Source: Nemertoderma westbladi (taxonomy: Eukaryota > Animalia > Xenacoelomorpha). Taken from it: a DNA stretch of 64,000 bases. The position numbers and the translations under genes were made by a program. The notes under the pieces are model-generated. The model was not told the DNA's origin. It did not search any database and worked only from the letters and a program-made list of their open reading frames with translations. The stretch spans positions 62,001 to 126,000 of the forward strand of contig JAUCBJ010001490.1 of assembly GCA_032718475.1 (NCBI GenBank). The letters are read 5' to 3'. The first letter of the stretch is position 1, and every line of letters begins with the position of its first letter. Of the stretch, positions 40,815-51,676 are shown piece by piece.

Positions 40815-41357
40815 ATGGAAGACATTAATTTAATTAACAATATTATAACACATTACTACAAAGAAGGCCACACTCACCGAGAATTACTAAATATTTTGTC
40901 AAATAATCATGGCATAATAATTTCAAGTAGACGAACACTCTGTCGTCGATTGCGTGACCTCGGGCTGACTCGCCGAAATACTGGTAATAATTTTGATTAT
41001 GATATGGTTGTTAATGCCGTTACATCGCTGATTCATGGTTCTTCGTCATGTTGGGGATATCGGAGTGTCTGGCATCAATTACAACTTATGGGCATTCATG
41101 TTCCCCGATCAACAGTAGCCCTTATATTACGTACACTTTGTCCTGAGGCAACCGAACTCCGGCGTCGTCATCGACTTCAGCGCCGCCAGTACTTCAATGT
41201 CGGACCTAATGCAGTTTGGCACGTGGATGGACATGATAAACTTAAACCTTATGGATTTCCAATCCACGGTGCTATTGATGGTTGGTCGCGTTATATTTTG
41301 TGGCTAAAAGTCGTCATTTCTAACAATAACCCTAACAATATATGTTTTTTCATATAA
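40815..41357 (+). pseudogene. C-terminally truncated integrase-core/DDE transposase with N-terminal HTH
   Basis: ISSRRTLCRRLRDLGL, GYRSVWHQL, RRRHRLQRRQY..VGPNAVWHVDGHDKLKPYGFPIHGAIDGWSRYILWL; the ORF stops before the later catalytic D/E residues. Confidence 0.8.
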
Positions 41358-42937
41358 TAATAAAATACATTTTCATGTAATATTGAAATTTAAAATATGG
41401 GGGTGGTAAGAATACACTGAGGGGGGTTAAATTTCACTAAAAAATCACCCAGAGTAAGCCTAGTTTCACCCCCGGTTAAAATACCGTATATATAGTGAAT
41501 TCTAACCGGGGGTGAATTTTTAGGGGGGTGGTAATTTTCTGCTACACCAGTAGTTGTAAAATAATCAGATACCGCATCAGGTATGGGGGCTACCGACAAC
41601 GACGGCGGCCTATGAGCTAAGTAGCAAAGGTGGACGGACACTGACACTACTACAGTAGGCCTGCTACACTCTACTGTTGTACTGATACTAGCTAATAAAT
41701 GGGTTGCTAAGAAACCTTGAAGATGGTTGCTAAGCAATCGAATCTCATGCCAACTACACACACATGCCAACTACACATATGCCAACTACACACACATGCC
41801 AACTACACACACGTGCCAACTACACATATGCCAACTACACATGCCAACTACACATATGCCAACTACACATGCCAACTACACATATGCCAACTACACACAT
41901 ATGCCAACTACACATGCCAACTACACACACATGCCAACTACACACATATGCCAACTACACACACGTGCCAACTACACACATATGCCAACTACACACACGT
42001 GCCAACTACACACACATGCCAACTACACATGCCAACTACACACACATGCCAAATACACACATATGCCAACTACACACACACATGCCAACTACACACACGT
42101 GCCAACTACACACACATGTGCCAACTACACACTCATAAAAAATCAGATTTTATGTGTAAAGTTGACTGGCACTTGTGGGCTTCCGTATAAATGTGATGTA
42201 GATAATTCTGTATTACTGAATTATTATTATCATTGCGGATTTGGAAGGCGGCGTGTTGTGGTGGGGACCGCCTAGCGCTACCACAGTGCCTGCCTACTGT
42301 TTGTTACATTGCCATGGATGCAGTTATCATCATGATAATGAAATGCAACCAATGAAATGCATCGAAAACGTTGTACTGTTTAACAGTAGGCCCATCCTTG
42401 CATCATGAAACTAAATGGCATTCAGAAACACCAGTGGGTGTGGGTGCGCTGGGGTTAAAAGAATCATGTACTTTTTAGTTGTAAAAATTACTGAAATTAA
42501 AGTACTGTAGTTTGTATTGTTACAAACATGATTTATTAGCGATTATTAATTGGGTTAATTAGTATTTGAGTATTTATTCATTCTGAAACCCTCGCCCAAT
42601 TGAGGCTATATATAGGCCTAATTGTTATTAATTAATAATTTTATATAATTATATAATTAATTAATTAATTATATAATAATTATTAACGATTTTGACATGC
42701 ATGGATCATGTCAATGGAGACAGCAGGGAAAGTAGACGCAAAACCCGCCTTGGCGAATTAATATCCCTCTTCAATGTTGAATTCTCAATTTAGGGTAAGT
42801 AGCAGGTTCAGTGGCACGATATTTTAACCAAAACATTATACTATTTTTGAGAGTAATCAGCTGTTATTTGCGTCGAATTTCCCCTGGAGAGGGAGGAATT
42901 TTTATTGCGTCCAGTTCCCCCCCCCCCCCTATCTGTG

Positions 42938-43189
42938 TCAATGAGAGAGTTTTACTGCCCAGACCGAATGGCAGTGTTTCCGTGACAGCCAGGTTCGTCC
43001 GGGATTGTCGAGACAATGACACAAACCTGTCTTGTCGCGATTCGATTTGTATATTTCCAAGGAGCATCCGAAGAGATCTCGGATGTTGCTCGGAACAGCG
43101 TTAAATAGTTGCGGTCCAAACACCGTAAAGCTCGATTCTACTATCGGTTTTACTTTTAGTGCTGGTATTTCCATGGCTACACAACCCAA
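42938..43189 (-). mobile_element. LINE ORF2 C-terminal fragment (CR1/L2/Jockey-group-like)
   Basis: SSFTVFGPQLFNAVPSNIRDLFGCSLEIYK matches the SF...GP.LFN.LP..IR motif found after the RT domain. Confidence 0.6.
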
Positions 43190-43478
43190 CCCCCCTATCT
43201 GCTATCTGCAATTACTAGTAGAGTTGTCCTTGGCGGGTTTGGATTGATTGCTAATACTAATACAATAATCAATCATATATGCCTCCCGTCAGCCCAGCAC
43301 TGTGTTTTTGCAGTTGATACCAACAAGAACAACACATGAACACATCAATCACAATCGCAAATACACAAATAATAGTATTGTAACAGGTCTGTTCTGGTCT
43401 TACTTCTGTCATCTGCCACTTTATTAAAATTTATTTTCCTCCTGTGTCAGTTAATAATTACGTGCTATTTCTTGCAAG

Positions 43479-45059
43479 ATGAGCAATTCGAAAAAATCAG
43501 CGAACCGTGATCCTTCAGAATCCGGTCACTCGAAGAAGGAATCCATCGATCGACTTACCGAGCAATATTTGTTAGATCCGACAAAAGTCAACCTAATCGC
43601 GGACATTATCGCATTCTCGCGAAGCCAACGGCGATCCATTCAGTTGGCCTTAATATCATCTTTCAATCGAATATTCGTGAAACAGTTAAAGAGACGTGTT
43701 TCTATATCCTTAGATGGAGACAACGGACGATTAAATGAACTATACTTGGAGGCAATAAACGTACTCAAGTTATTCGTTAAGGGAAACCAAAATAAAGTTG
43801 TATCAGCCTTGGCTTTAACATGTCTAATAAAGTTCTTATCTATCGAATCTTCGAAAACAGTTCGAAATTCAGATGAATTTAAATTCCCCACCGATATATT
43901 AAACGTTATTATTGATGCTTTACTCGGAAGAGGTGATGATACCGGGGAACTTTTAAATCAATTCGAGGAATATTTAGTTTATGATGATGTTCGGTACTTT
44001 ACCATGTTGCACATTTTTCATTTATTACAAAACGGGGAACCCGACGTCGAACGAAATATTTTTCAAATTCTAAAATCCCTCCAAAAAACTTTTTCAGCCG
44101 CCGTTACCCTGGAGAATAAACTCCACTTTATTAACTTCCTATGCCGCCATAATCATACGGAGGAACTAAAACCCGGCAAAGTTCGCGAACACCGACGTCT
44201 GTTCGGGAACTTATGGGCCAAATTCCTCTCTAGTTTCCGGGACTCGGGTCTCCACAAACCGATTCTCCTGCACATAAACCTTGTGATCCCTCTCGTCAGC
44301 TCCCCAGCGCTGTTCGCCGACTTCCTTACCAACTCGTTCGACCGGGGCGGCGCCATCGCGCTGCTCTCGCTCCGAAGTCTCTTCGTCCTCCTCAACCGAC
44401 ACAACGTTAACTACCCCGACTTCTACGCCAAACTCTACTCCCTGTTCCTCCCGACTGTCCTCCGCTCCTCCTATCGCTCGCGATTCTTTCATCTCGCCGA
44501 TCTCTTCCTCTCCTCCTCCCATCTCCCGGCCTACGTGGTAGCCGCATTCGCTAAACGCCTCGCCCGACTCGCTCTCGTCGCCCCCACCGACGCCGTCTCT
44601 CTCATCGTCACCTTCATTCTCAACCTCATCCGTCGACATCCCGCCTGTCGGCCGCTCCTAAATCGCTGCGACGTCACCAACAACAATGTGGCTGACACTA
44701 ACGGCGAGGTCACTGACCCCGGCGACCACCGAATTCTTCCCAACCTCGAGGTCATTGACCCCTATCTTCCCAACGAACCCGATCTAAGTAAATGTGAAGC
44801 TTTAAACTCGTCGCTATGGGAACTACAGACCCTCCGTCAGCACTGCAATCACTCGGTTGCCAAGGCAACCCGACACATCCTCCAACCCCTGGGACTCAAG
44901 GAGGATGACATTTCAGAGCTGTTGGATTTAACTTCGGAAACGAATCTCGATAGGGAACTGGCGGTAAAGAGGTTGAAGGTTGTAGATGTGCCTATCAACA
45001 TGAACCCACCTAACGGGTTGTTTGATAGCAACGATGTTTACTCCTTTACTAATACTTAA
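43479..45059 (+). CDS. NOC4L: Nucleolar complex protein 4 homolog (CBF/Mak21 domain), 526 aa, intronless
   Basis: Motifs YDDVRYF, ADFLTNSFDRGGAIALLSL..LF.L...HNVNYPDFYAKLYSL, YRSRFFHLADLFLSSSHLPAYVVAAFAKRLARLAL, NLIRRHP.C, A..SSLWELQTL..H. Confidence 0.95.
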   Translation: MSNSKKSANRDPSESGHSKKESIDRLTEQYLLDPTKVNLIADIIAFSRSQRRSIQLALISSFNRIFVKQLKRRVSISLDGDNGRLNELYLEAINVLKLFVKGNQNKVVSALALTCLIKFLSIESSKTVRNSDEFKFPTDILNVIIDALLGRGDDTGELLNQFEEYLVYDDVRYFTMLHIFHLLQNGEPDVERNIFQILKSLQKTFSAAVTLENKLHFINFLCRHNHTEELKPGKVREHRRLFGNLWAKFLSSFRDSGLHKPILLHINLVIPLVSSPALFADFLTNSFDRGGAIALLSLRSLFVLLNRHNVNYPDFYAKLYSLFLPTVLRSSYRSRFFHLADLFLSSSHLPAYVVAAFAKRLARLALVAPTDAVSLIVTFILNLIRRHPACRPLLNRCDVTNNNVADTNGEVTDPGDHRILPNLEVIDPYLPNEPDLSKCEALNSSLWELQTLRQHCNHSVAKATRHILQPLGLKEDDISELLDLTSETNLDRELAVKRLKVVDVPINMNPPNGLFDSNDVYSFTNT

Positions 45060-45177
45060 ACTCCACTGTAATATTCTGGTGAGGAATGAGTTTGGAATTG
45101 GAATATGAATATGAATCAAATTTAATATCTTAAATATTAACAACATCATGAATTCCTTTTAAGTTTTTAAATTAAAT

Positions 45178-45700
45178 TAACGGGCGTAATTGAAGACTCC
45201 TCGTTTTAAGCAAGATACTAAATTTTATTAGGTAGGTAAAGCTATTAATATCAAGACTGATTCCGACAACCTACTTCCCTCTATAAATATTTTGTAGTAG
45301 TTAGTTCTTATTACTATTTGTATAGAAAATGTTCCAGAGCATGTTAGCTATTAAAGTAAGGAACAATTATTTTTTGTTCTAGAACATTTTTTAGAAAAAA
45401 ATCTGGATTCTATTTAAAACGCTTGGAATCGTTTTAAAACGTGTTTAAAAACTAGTTTCTAGAACCAAAAATATTCGTTCTACGATTCTAGAACGTGATT
45501 TTTTCTTAAAATTAAAAGCCAACATCTTCTGGAACATTTTCTATACAAATAGTAACAAGAACTAGCTACTACAAAATATTTATAGAAGGAAGTAGGATTT
45601 CGGAACCAGTGTCGAAATTACTAGCTAAACCTATCTAAAACACTAGCTACCGTAAAATTTTGTATCTTACTTAACGAGGTTGCTTCAATTACGTCCATTG
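45178..45700. mobile_element. ~520-bp imperfect palindrome (foldback MITE) just downstream of NOC4L
   Basis: Arms CTACTTCCCTCTATAAATATTTTGTAGTAGTTAGTTCTT..ACTATTTGTATAGAAAATGTTCCAGA and TCTGGAACATTTTCTATACAAATAGT..AAGAACTAGCTACTACAAAATATTTATAGAAGGAAGTAG; outer ends CGTAATTGAAG/CTTCAATTACG. Confidence 0.85.
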
Positions 45701-45949
45701 ATCAAATTGCAGCAAATGGAAATTTATAGAACTCTCCCCATATCAAAATAGTGTAAAAAAAAACTGGCCTCTTTTTTTAAGCCTCTCTCTTAGGCCGTAT
45801 ATGGCATAACTACATCCCCACAAATAAATAAAATTATATTCGCCATTGTTCATAATTATCACTTTGAAGCTTTTACGGCCGTGAGGTATTCGCGTTAGCA
45901 GTTAGTCGCCATGGTATGTAAAGATGGACAGACATGACGGATGTTATGC

Positions 45950-46066
45950 ACGGCACCACCACCTCACGTCCAATCGCGACCGGTGGGAGTTGGAAAATAT
46001 TGGCGTGCCAATCGACAACTATATCATATATTTTAGTAAATTGAGTAGAAATGTCTATTGACGATT
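45950..46066 (-). mobile_element. Possible CRE-type retrotransposon fragment
   Basis: FTKIYDIVVDWHANIFQLPPVAIGREVV resembles the Y..VV.W..N.F..P.G..G..FV motif I recall upstream of RT in CRE-like elements; not checked. Confidence 0.35.
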
Positions 46067-48949
46067 CCAGAGGGGGCCAGTGGTCCAGCACCAATACCAG
46101 AAGGGGCCCGGGGTCCAGCACCAATACCAGAGGGGGCCGTGGTCCAGCACTACTACCAGAGGGGGCCGTGGTCCAGCACCAATACCAGAGGGTGCCGGGG
46201 TCCAGCACCAACAGGGTGGGGCCTGGGGGCCAGCACCACTACCAGAGGGGGCCGTGGTCCAGTACCAATACCAGAGGGTGCCGGGCTCCAGCACCATTAC
46301 CAGAGGGGGCCGGGGTCCAGCACCAATACCAGAGGGGGCCGGTGGTCCAGCACCATTACCAGAGGGGCCGGGGTCCAGCACCATTACCAGAGGGGGCCGT
46401 GGTCCAGCACCAATACCAGAGGGTGCCGGGGTCCAGCACCAACAGGGTGGGGCCTGGGGGCCAGCACCACTACCAGAGGGGGCCGTGGTCCAGCACCAAT
46501 ACCAGAGGGTGCCGGGGTCCAGCACCATTACCAGAGGGGGCCGGGGTCCAGCACCAATACCAGAGGGGGCCGGGGGACAGCACCATTAACAGAGGGGGCC
46601 GGGGTCCAGCACCAATACCAGAGGGGGCCGTGGTCCAGCACCACTACCAGAGGGGGCCGTGGTCCAGCACCAATACCAGAGGGGGCCTGGGTCCAGCACC
46701 AACAGGGTGGGGCCCGGGGTCCAGCACCACTACCAGAGGGGGCCGTGGTCCAGCACCAATACCAGAGGGTGCCGGGGTCCAGCACCATTACCAGAGGGGG
46801 CCGGGGTCCAGCACCAATACCAGAGGGGGCCGGGGGTCCAGCACCATTACCAGACGGGGCCGGGGTCCAGCACCATTACCAGAGGGGGCCGTGGTCCAGC
46901 ACCAATACCAGAGGGGGCCGGGTGTCCAGCACCATTACCAGAGGGGGCCGGCGTCCAGCACCACTACCAGAGGGGGCCAGGGTCCAGCACCATTACCAGA
47001 GGGTGCCAGGGTCCAGCGCCATTATCAGAGGGGGCAGGGGTCCAGCACCAATACCAGAGGGGCCCGGGGTCCAGCACCAATACCAGAGGGGGGCGGGGTC
47101 CAGCACCACTACCAGAGGGGGCCATGGTCCAGCACCAATACCAGAGGGGGCCGGGGTCCAGCACCATTACCAGAGGGGGCCGGGGTCCAGCACCAATACC
47201 AGAGGGGGCCGGGGTCCAGCACCACTACCAGAGGGGGCCGGGGTCCAGCACCATCACCAGAGGGGGCCGGGGTCCAGCACCAATATTCAGATGGGGCCGT
47301 TGTCCAGCACCAATACCAGATGGGGCCGGGGTCCAGCACCATTACCAGAGGGGGCCGGGGTCCAGCACCAATACCAGAGGGGGCCGGGGGTCCAGCACCA
47401 CTACCAGAGGGGGCCCGGGTCCAGCACCAATACCAGAGAGGACCGGGGTCCAGCACCAACAGGGTGGGGCCCGGGGGCCAGCACGAATACCAGAAGGGGC
47501 CGGGAGTCCAGCACCAATACCTGAGGGGGCCGGTGTCCAGCACCACTACCAGAGGGGGACGGTGGTCCCGCACCAATACCAGGCGGGGCCGTGGTCCAGC
47601 ACCACTACCAGAGGGGGCCGGGGTCCAGCACCATTACCAGAGGGGGTCGGGGTCCAGCACCACAACCAGAGGGGGCCGGGGTTCAGCACCACTACAAGAG
47701 GGGGCCGGGGTTCAGCACCATTACCAGAGGGGGCCGTGGTCCAGCACCAATACCTGAGGGGGCCGGTGTCCAGCACCACTACCAGAGGGGGCCGGGGTCC
47801 AGCACCAATACCTGAGGGGGCCGGGCTCCAGCACCATTTCCAGAGGGGGCCGGGGTCCAGCACCAATACCTGAGGGGGCCGGGGTCCAGCACCACTACCA
47901 GAGGGGGCCGGGTTCCAGCACCACTGCCAGAGGAGGCCGGGGTCCAGCACCATTACCAGAGGGGGCCGTGGTCCAGCACCAATACCTGAGGGGGCAGGGG
48001 TCCAGCACCATTACCAGAGGGTGCCGTGGTCCAGCACCAATACCTGAGGGGGCCGGGGTCCAGCACGAATACCAGAAGGGCCGGGGGTCCAGCACAGCAC
48101 CAATACCAGAGGGAGCCGGTGGTCCCGCACCAATACCAGAGGGGGCCCGGGTCCAGCACCAATACCAAAGAGGACCGGGGTCCAGCACCAACAGGGTGGG
48201 GCCCCGGGGCCAGCACGAATACCAGAAGGGGCCGGGAGTCCAGCACAGCACCAATACCAGAGGGGGCCGGTGGTCCCGCACCAATACCTGAGGGGGCCGG
48301 GGTCCAGCACCACTACCAGAGGGGACCGGGGTCCAGCACCAATAACAAAAGGGCCCGGTGTCCTGCACCAAAACCTGAGGGGGCCCGGTGTCCAGCACCA
48401 AAACCTGAGCGGGCCAGGGGGCCCGGTGTCCATCACCAAAACCTGAGGGGGCCCGTTGTCCAGCACCAAAACCTGCGGGGGCCCGGTGTCCAGCACCAAA
48501 ACCTGAGGGGGGCCGGTGTCCAGCACCAAAACCTGAGGGGGCCCCTGTGTCCAGCACCAAAACCTGCGGGGGCCAGGGGGCCCGGTGTCCAGCGCCAAAC
48601 CTGAGGGGGCCCGGTGTCCAGCACCAAAACCTTAGGGAGCCAGGGGGCCCGGTGTCCAGCACCAAAACCTGAGGGGGTCAGGGGGCCCGGTGTCCAGCAC
48701 CAAAACCTGAGGGGGCCCGGTGTCCAGCACCAAAACCTGAGGGGGCCCGGTGTCCAGCACCAAAACCTGAGGGGGCCCGGTGTCCAGCACAAAAACCTGA
48801 GGGGGCCCGGTGTCCAGCACCAAAACCTGAGGGGGCCCGGTGTCCAGCACCAAAACCTGAGGGGGCCCGGTGTCCAGCACCAAAACCTGAGGGGGCCCGG
48901 TGTCCAGCACCAAAACCTGAGGGGGCCCGGTGTCCAGCACCAAAACCTG
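46067..48949. repeat. GC-rich ~30-bp minisatellite (CCAGAGGGGGCCGGGGTCCAGCACCAATA), ~95 copies
   Basis: Continuous tandem array; the unit grades into a homogeneous GGTGTCCAGCACCAAAACCTGAGGGGGCCC at 48680-48949. Confidence 0.95.
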
Positions 48950-48991
48950 ACAGACAGAGTTATTCTTGTAGATTCCGGCAGTCCTACTGAG

Positions 48992-49157
48992 GGTACGCAG
49001 CAAACTTTGCCCGTGAGAAAGCTTCGCCCGCGTCCAATCTTCGCCCTCAAAATGAGCAACTATCGCCCGGCGGAAACTTTCGCCCGGGCGAAGGTTGTAC
49101 GCGGTGGAAGATTGGATACGGGCGAAGGTTGTACGCGAGCGAAGATTGCACCCAACC
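48992..49157. mobile_element. ~165-bp palindromic MITE with 8-9 bp TSD
   Basis: Repeated TTCGCCC on the left and GGGCGAA on the right; flanking direct repeat (C)CTACTGAG at 48983-48991 and 49157-49165. Confidence 0.7.
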
Positions 49158-50931
49158 CTACTGAGCCTATTTTGTATAATTGATCCCCGGTTAAACCTGT
49201 GGGGGGGGGGGGGGTGCCCCGTGCGTCGATGTTTGTCTCTGATCGATTGGCCGTGTACTGGAGAAACGAGGGGACTCAATGACGTCATCCCGAGTAGGCA
49301 AGGGTTGCTAGAACCCCATCCTAGACAGTAGAAAGGGCCATCGGTAGTTGATTGTTGCAGTTTCTTAACTTGATGTTAGTAATTATAATAATTCATTTAT
49401 TTTATTTATGGACCGCTTCAATTACTCCATATGTATGGATATGAAATTAAAATTATTGTTGCAGTTTCCGGTCCTCCCAGACCCACAACTTATACACGGC
49501 CGATCTGCCTTGAAACATATGCGCTTATTGCAGCGCCCCGACTGGGCATTGCACCCGCAACAAGGCTTTGATATCGACGCCTTTGTCTTGTCGCACCAAT
49601 AGTTTGCAGCTACTGTAGCAAACTATCCGATAGTTGGCGCCAAACAGTCTGTTACTGTCAGCCTCCTACTTTATAATACAGTATGATGTGTACTGTATGC
49701 TAGTTTATATACTACTGTACTATCTCTGTATGGGTCGTATTTGTATTATTTACCGTTACTATATTGAGTAATAATTGTATACAGTAGTAATTCTTTGTAA
49801 CTGCAGTATCTTTTTGGAGGCATTCTTATTGTTTTTTTCATATAATTTTTATTAATTTATATTCTGACCCTTTAGGCATTCCTGTGGCACTATATGTTGG
49901 TAAATGTCGCATTCCACGGTGCTACACTAGCGTGGGTCACTTCGTGTCTTATTACGTTGTACCATTACAAGATGCTTGCTTCTTAAAATATCATCATTCC
50001 AAAAATAACTAACCTATTCAATTACTATAGAGATTATTTTGGTGGATTAAATTACGAGCAAAAGCATAAATGTTTCTATAACAAAAGGAAACGAGCAAAT
50101 TAAGTAGACCTACTGTAACGCAAATATCGCACATTATGTGATAAAATCTATTTTAATAATTTCATCGGAACACTAAAAATGTTACAATTTAGTGCATTAT
50201 TATTGTTTAGGATTGTTTAGTTTGTTTTTAAGTGATGTCATAGTTTAAGTGATGACATACAGTAGTTTAAGTAGGCCTATCATTTTTTTCACGATAACCA
50301 TAAATATTGAATTCACTTATTCTATAATAATTCACCATTAACATTTGCGCTATGTAGCGCAGCAGGCTAAAACTACCGCTCGAGTTATGACACTTGCAGG
50401 CTCAGCCTCACCTACTAAGAATATCCATATCGGCTAAGAATAGCCGTACACCCGCGGTCTTAAGAGTGCTCACTATTTAACACTTCTAAATAACACCCTA
50501 AATATCATTATTGTTATAACTACAGTCTACAGTATACATTCGTTGATTACTGTAAGGGTAATTTCCGCGAATACATACAGTTGATTTTATGTTTACATTA
50601 ACCTCATCGCAGCATTACGCAATGGAACAGTTGTGATAGCGAAATCCATCTCTACGAAATAGCACAGCGGGGATGGTGTAGTTGTATTCCAGATGATCAT
50701 TGTAGTGTACTGCGGTACCGGTATGCAACATGTAGATCTCCGCTCTGGGGATCAATATAGTTCATATGGAAAACGTGGTGAGGTAAATTACCACTAATTA
50801 AACTCCCAACCTTTATTAATATATATTTTTGTACTGTACATTAGCTTTACAACATATGTTTTTGAGTTTCAGGATTTTATATATAGTTTATTTTTATTAA
50901 TACATACGAAATATTCAGATTTGCTCTTAAG

Positions 50932-51150
50932 ATGTCAGTAGATGAGGTTGAAGATTTCTGCTCGTTCGTTGGCGAAGACATCGACGCCCCAAACCGGCCC
51001 CCAAACAAACCACTCGATCCAAACCATACCATTAACTTTGATCGTTACAGAGGTCGTGTTTGTTTGGTTATTAATGTTGCCACAAAGGGAGGTTTAGCTA
51101 AGAAAAACTTTAAGGAACTCGTGGAGCTGCATTCGAAATATGCAGACAAA
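50932..51150 (+). CDS. GPX4: GPX4-like paralog A, exon 1 (catalytic Sec replaced by Gly); join(50932..51150,51362..51676), 177 aa
   Basis: RYRGRVCLVINVATK-G-GLAKKNFKELVELHSKY then GTAAGT donor; codon GGA at 51088-51090. Confidence 0.88.
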
Positions 51151-51361
51151 GTAAGTTTGTTTGCCTTTAATTACAGTAGTTGTTAGTTTATTAGGCTCAT
51201 GCACTGCAGTAGGCCAAATACTAAATACAAAAATCTTTTGTGATTTTTTACAATTATGTTCACTGGTTTCATTTTAAGTCGTTAATGAATTATACCACTA
51301 TAAGAATAAATGTTTGATCTACGTTATAGGGCCTACTACTTACATTATTTTTAATTTCTAG

Positions 51362-51676
51362 GGATTGAGTATTTTGGCCTTCCCCTGCAATCAGTTTGGC
51401 GGACAGGAACCCGGGACTAACGCGGAAATAAAGGAATTTGCAAAGAGTATGGGAGTAAAGTTCGACATATTCAGCAAGATCGATTGTAATGGAAGTTACG
51501 CTCTTCCTCTTTGGAAATGGCTTCAGTGCGAAAAGTGTGGAGAGTTTGGACACAAAATAAAATGGAATCACACCAAGTTCCTAATCGATAGAAACGGGAT
51601 TATTTTTGAACGATATGCGCCAATCAGAGCACCTAAATCTCTTGAAGGGGACATTAATGCTCTGTTAAATAAGTAA
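51362..51676 (+). CDS. GPX4: GPX4-like paralog A, exon 2
   Basis: TAG|[18 protein letters not shown]...FSKIDCNG...PLWKWL...[14 protein letters not shown]...RYAP, TAA stop. Confidence 0.9.
   Translation, partial: GLSILAFPCNQFGGQEPGTNAEIKEFAKSMGVKFDIFSKIDCNGSYALPLWKWLQCEKCGEFGHKIKWNHTKFLIDRNGIIFERYAPIRAPKSLEGDINALLNK

Larger units (their letters stand above)
39110..42187. mobile_element. Long-TIR (foldback) DNA transposon with integrase-core transposase remnant (IS3EU-like)
   Basis: TIRs 39110-39830 and 41419-42187 are near-identical inverted copies, each containing a TGCCAACTACACACA minisatellite. Termini are TACGGAAGCCC...GGGCTTCCGTA, with an internal DDE-type ORF. Confidence 0.75.

Noticed and set aside
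39068-42275. His/Thr/Cys-rich ORFs in the TIRs
   Set aside because: Translations of the CA-rich minisatellite.
43640-45149. Antisense ORFs over NOC4L (and 62583-63065 over AREL1)
   Set aside because: Shadow ORFs of real genes.
46051-49288. Gly/Pro-rich collagen- or silk-like ORFs
   Set aside because: Translations of a GC-rich minisatellite, open in several frames on both strands, with 29/31-bp units that break frame and no signal peptide.
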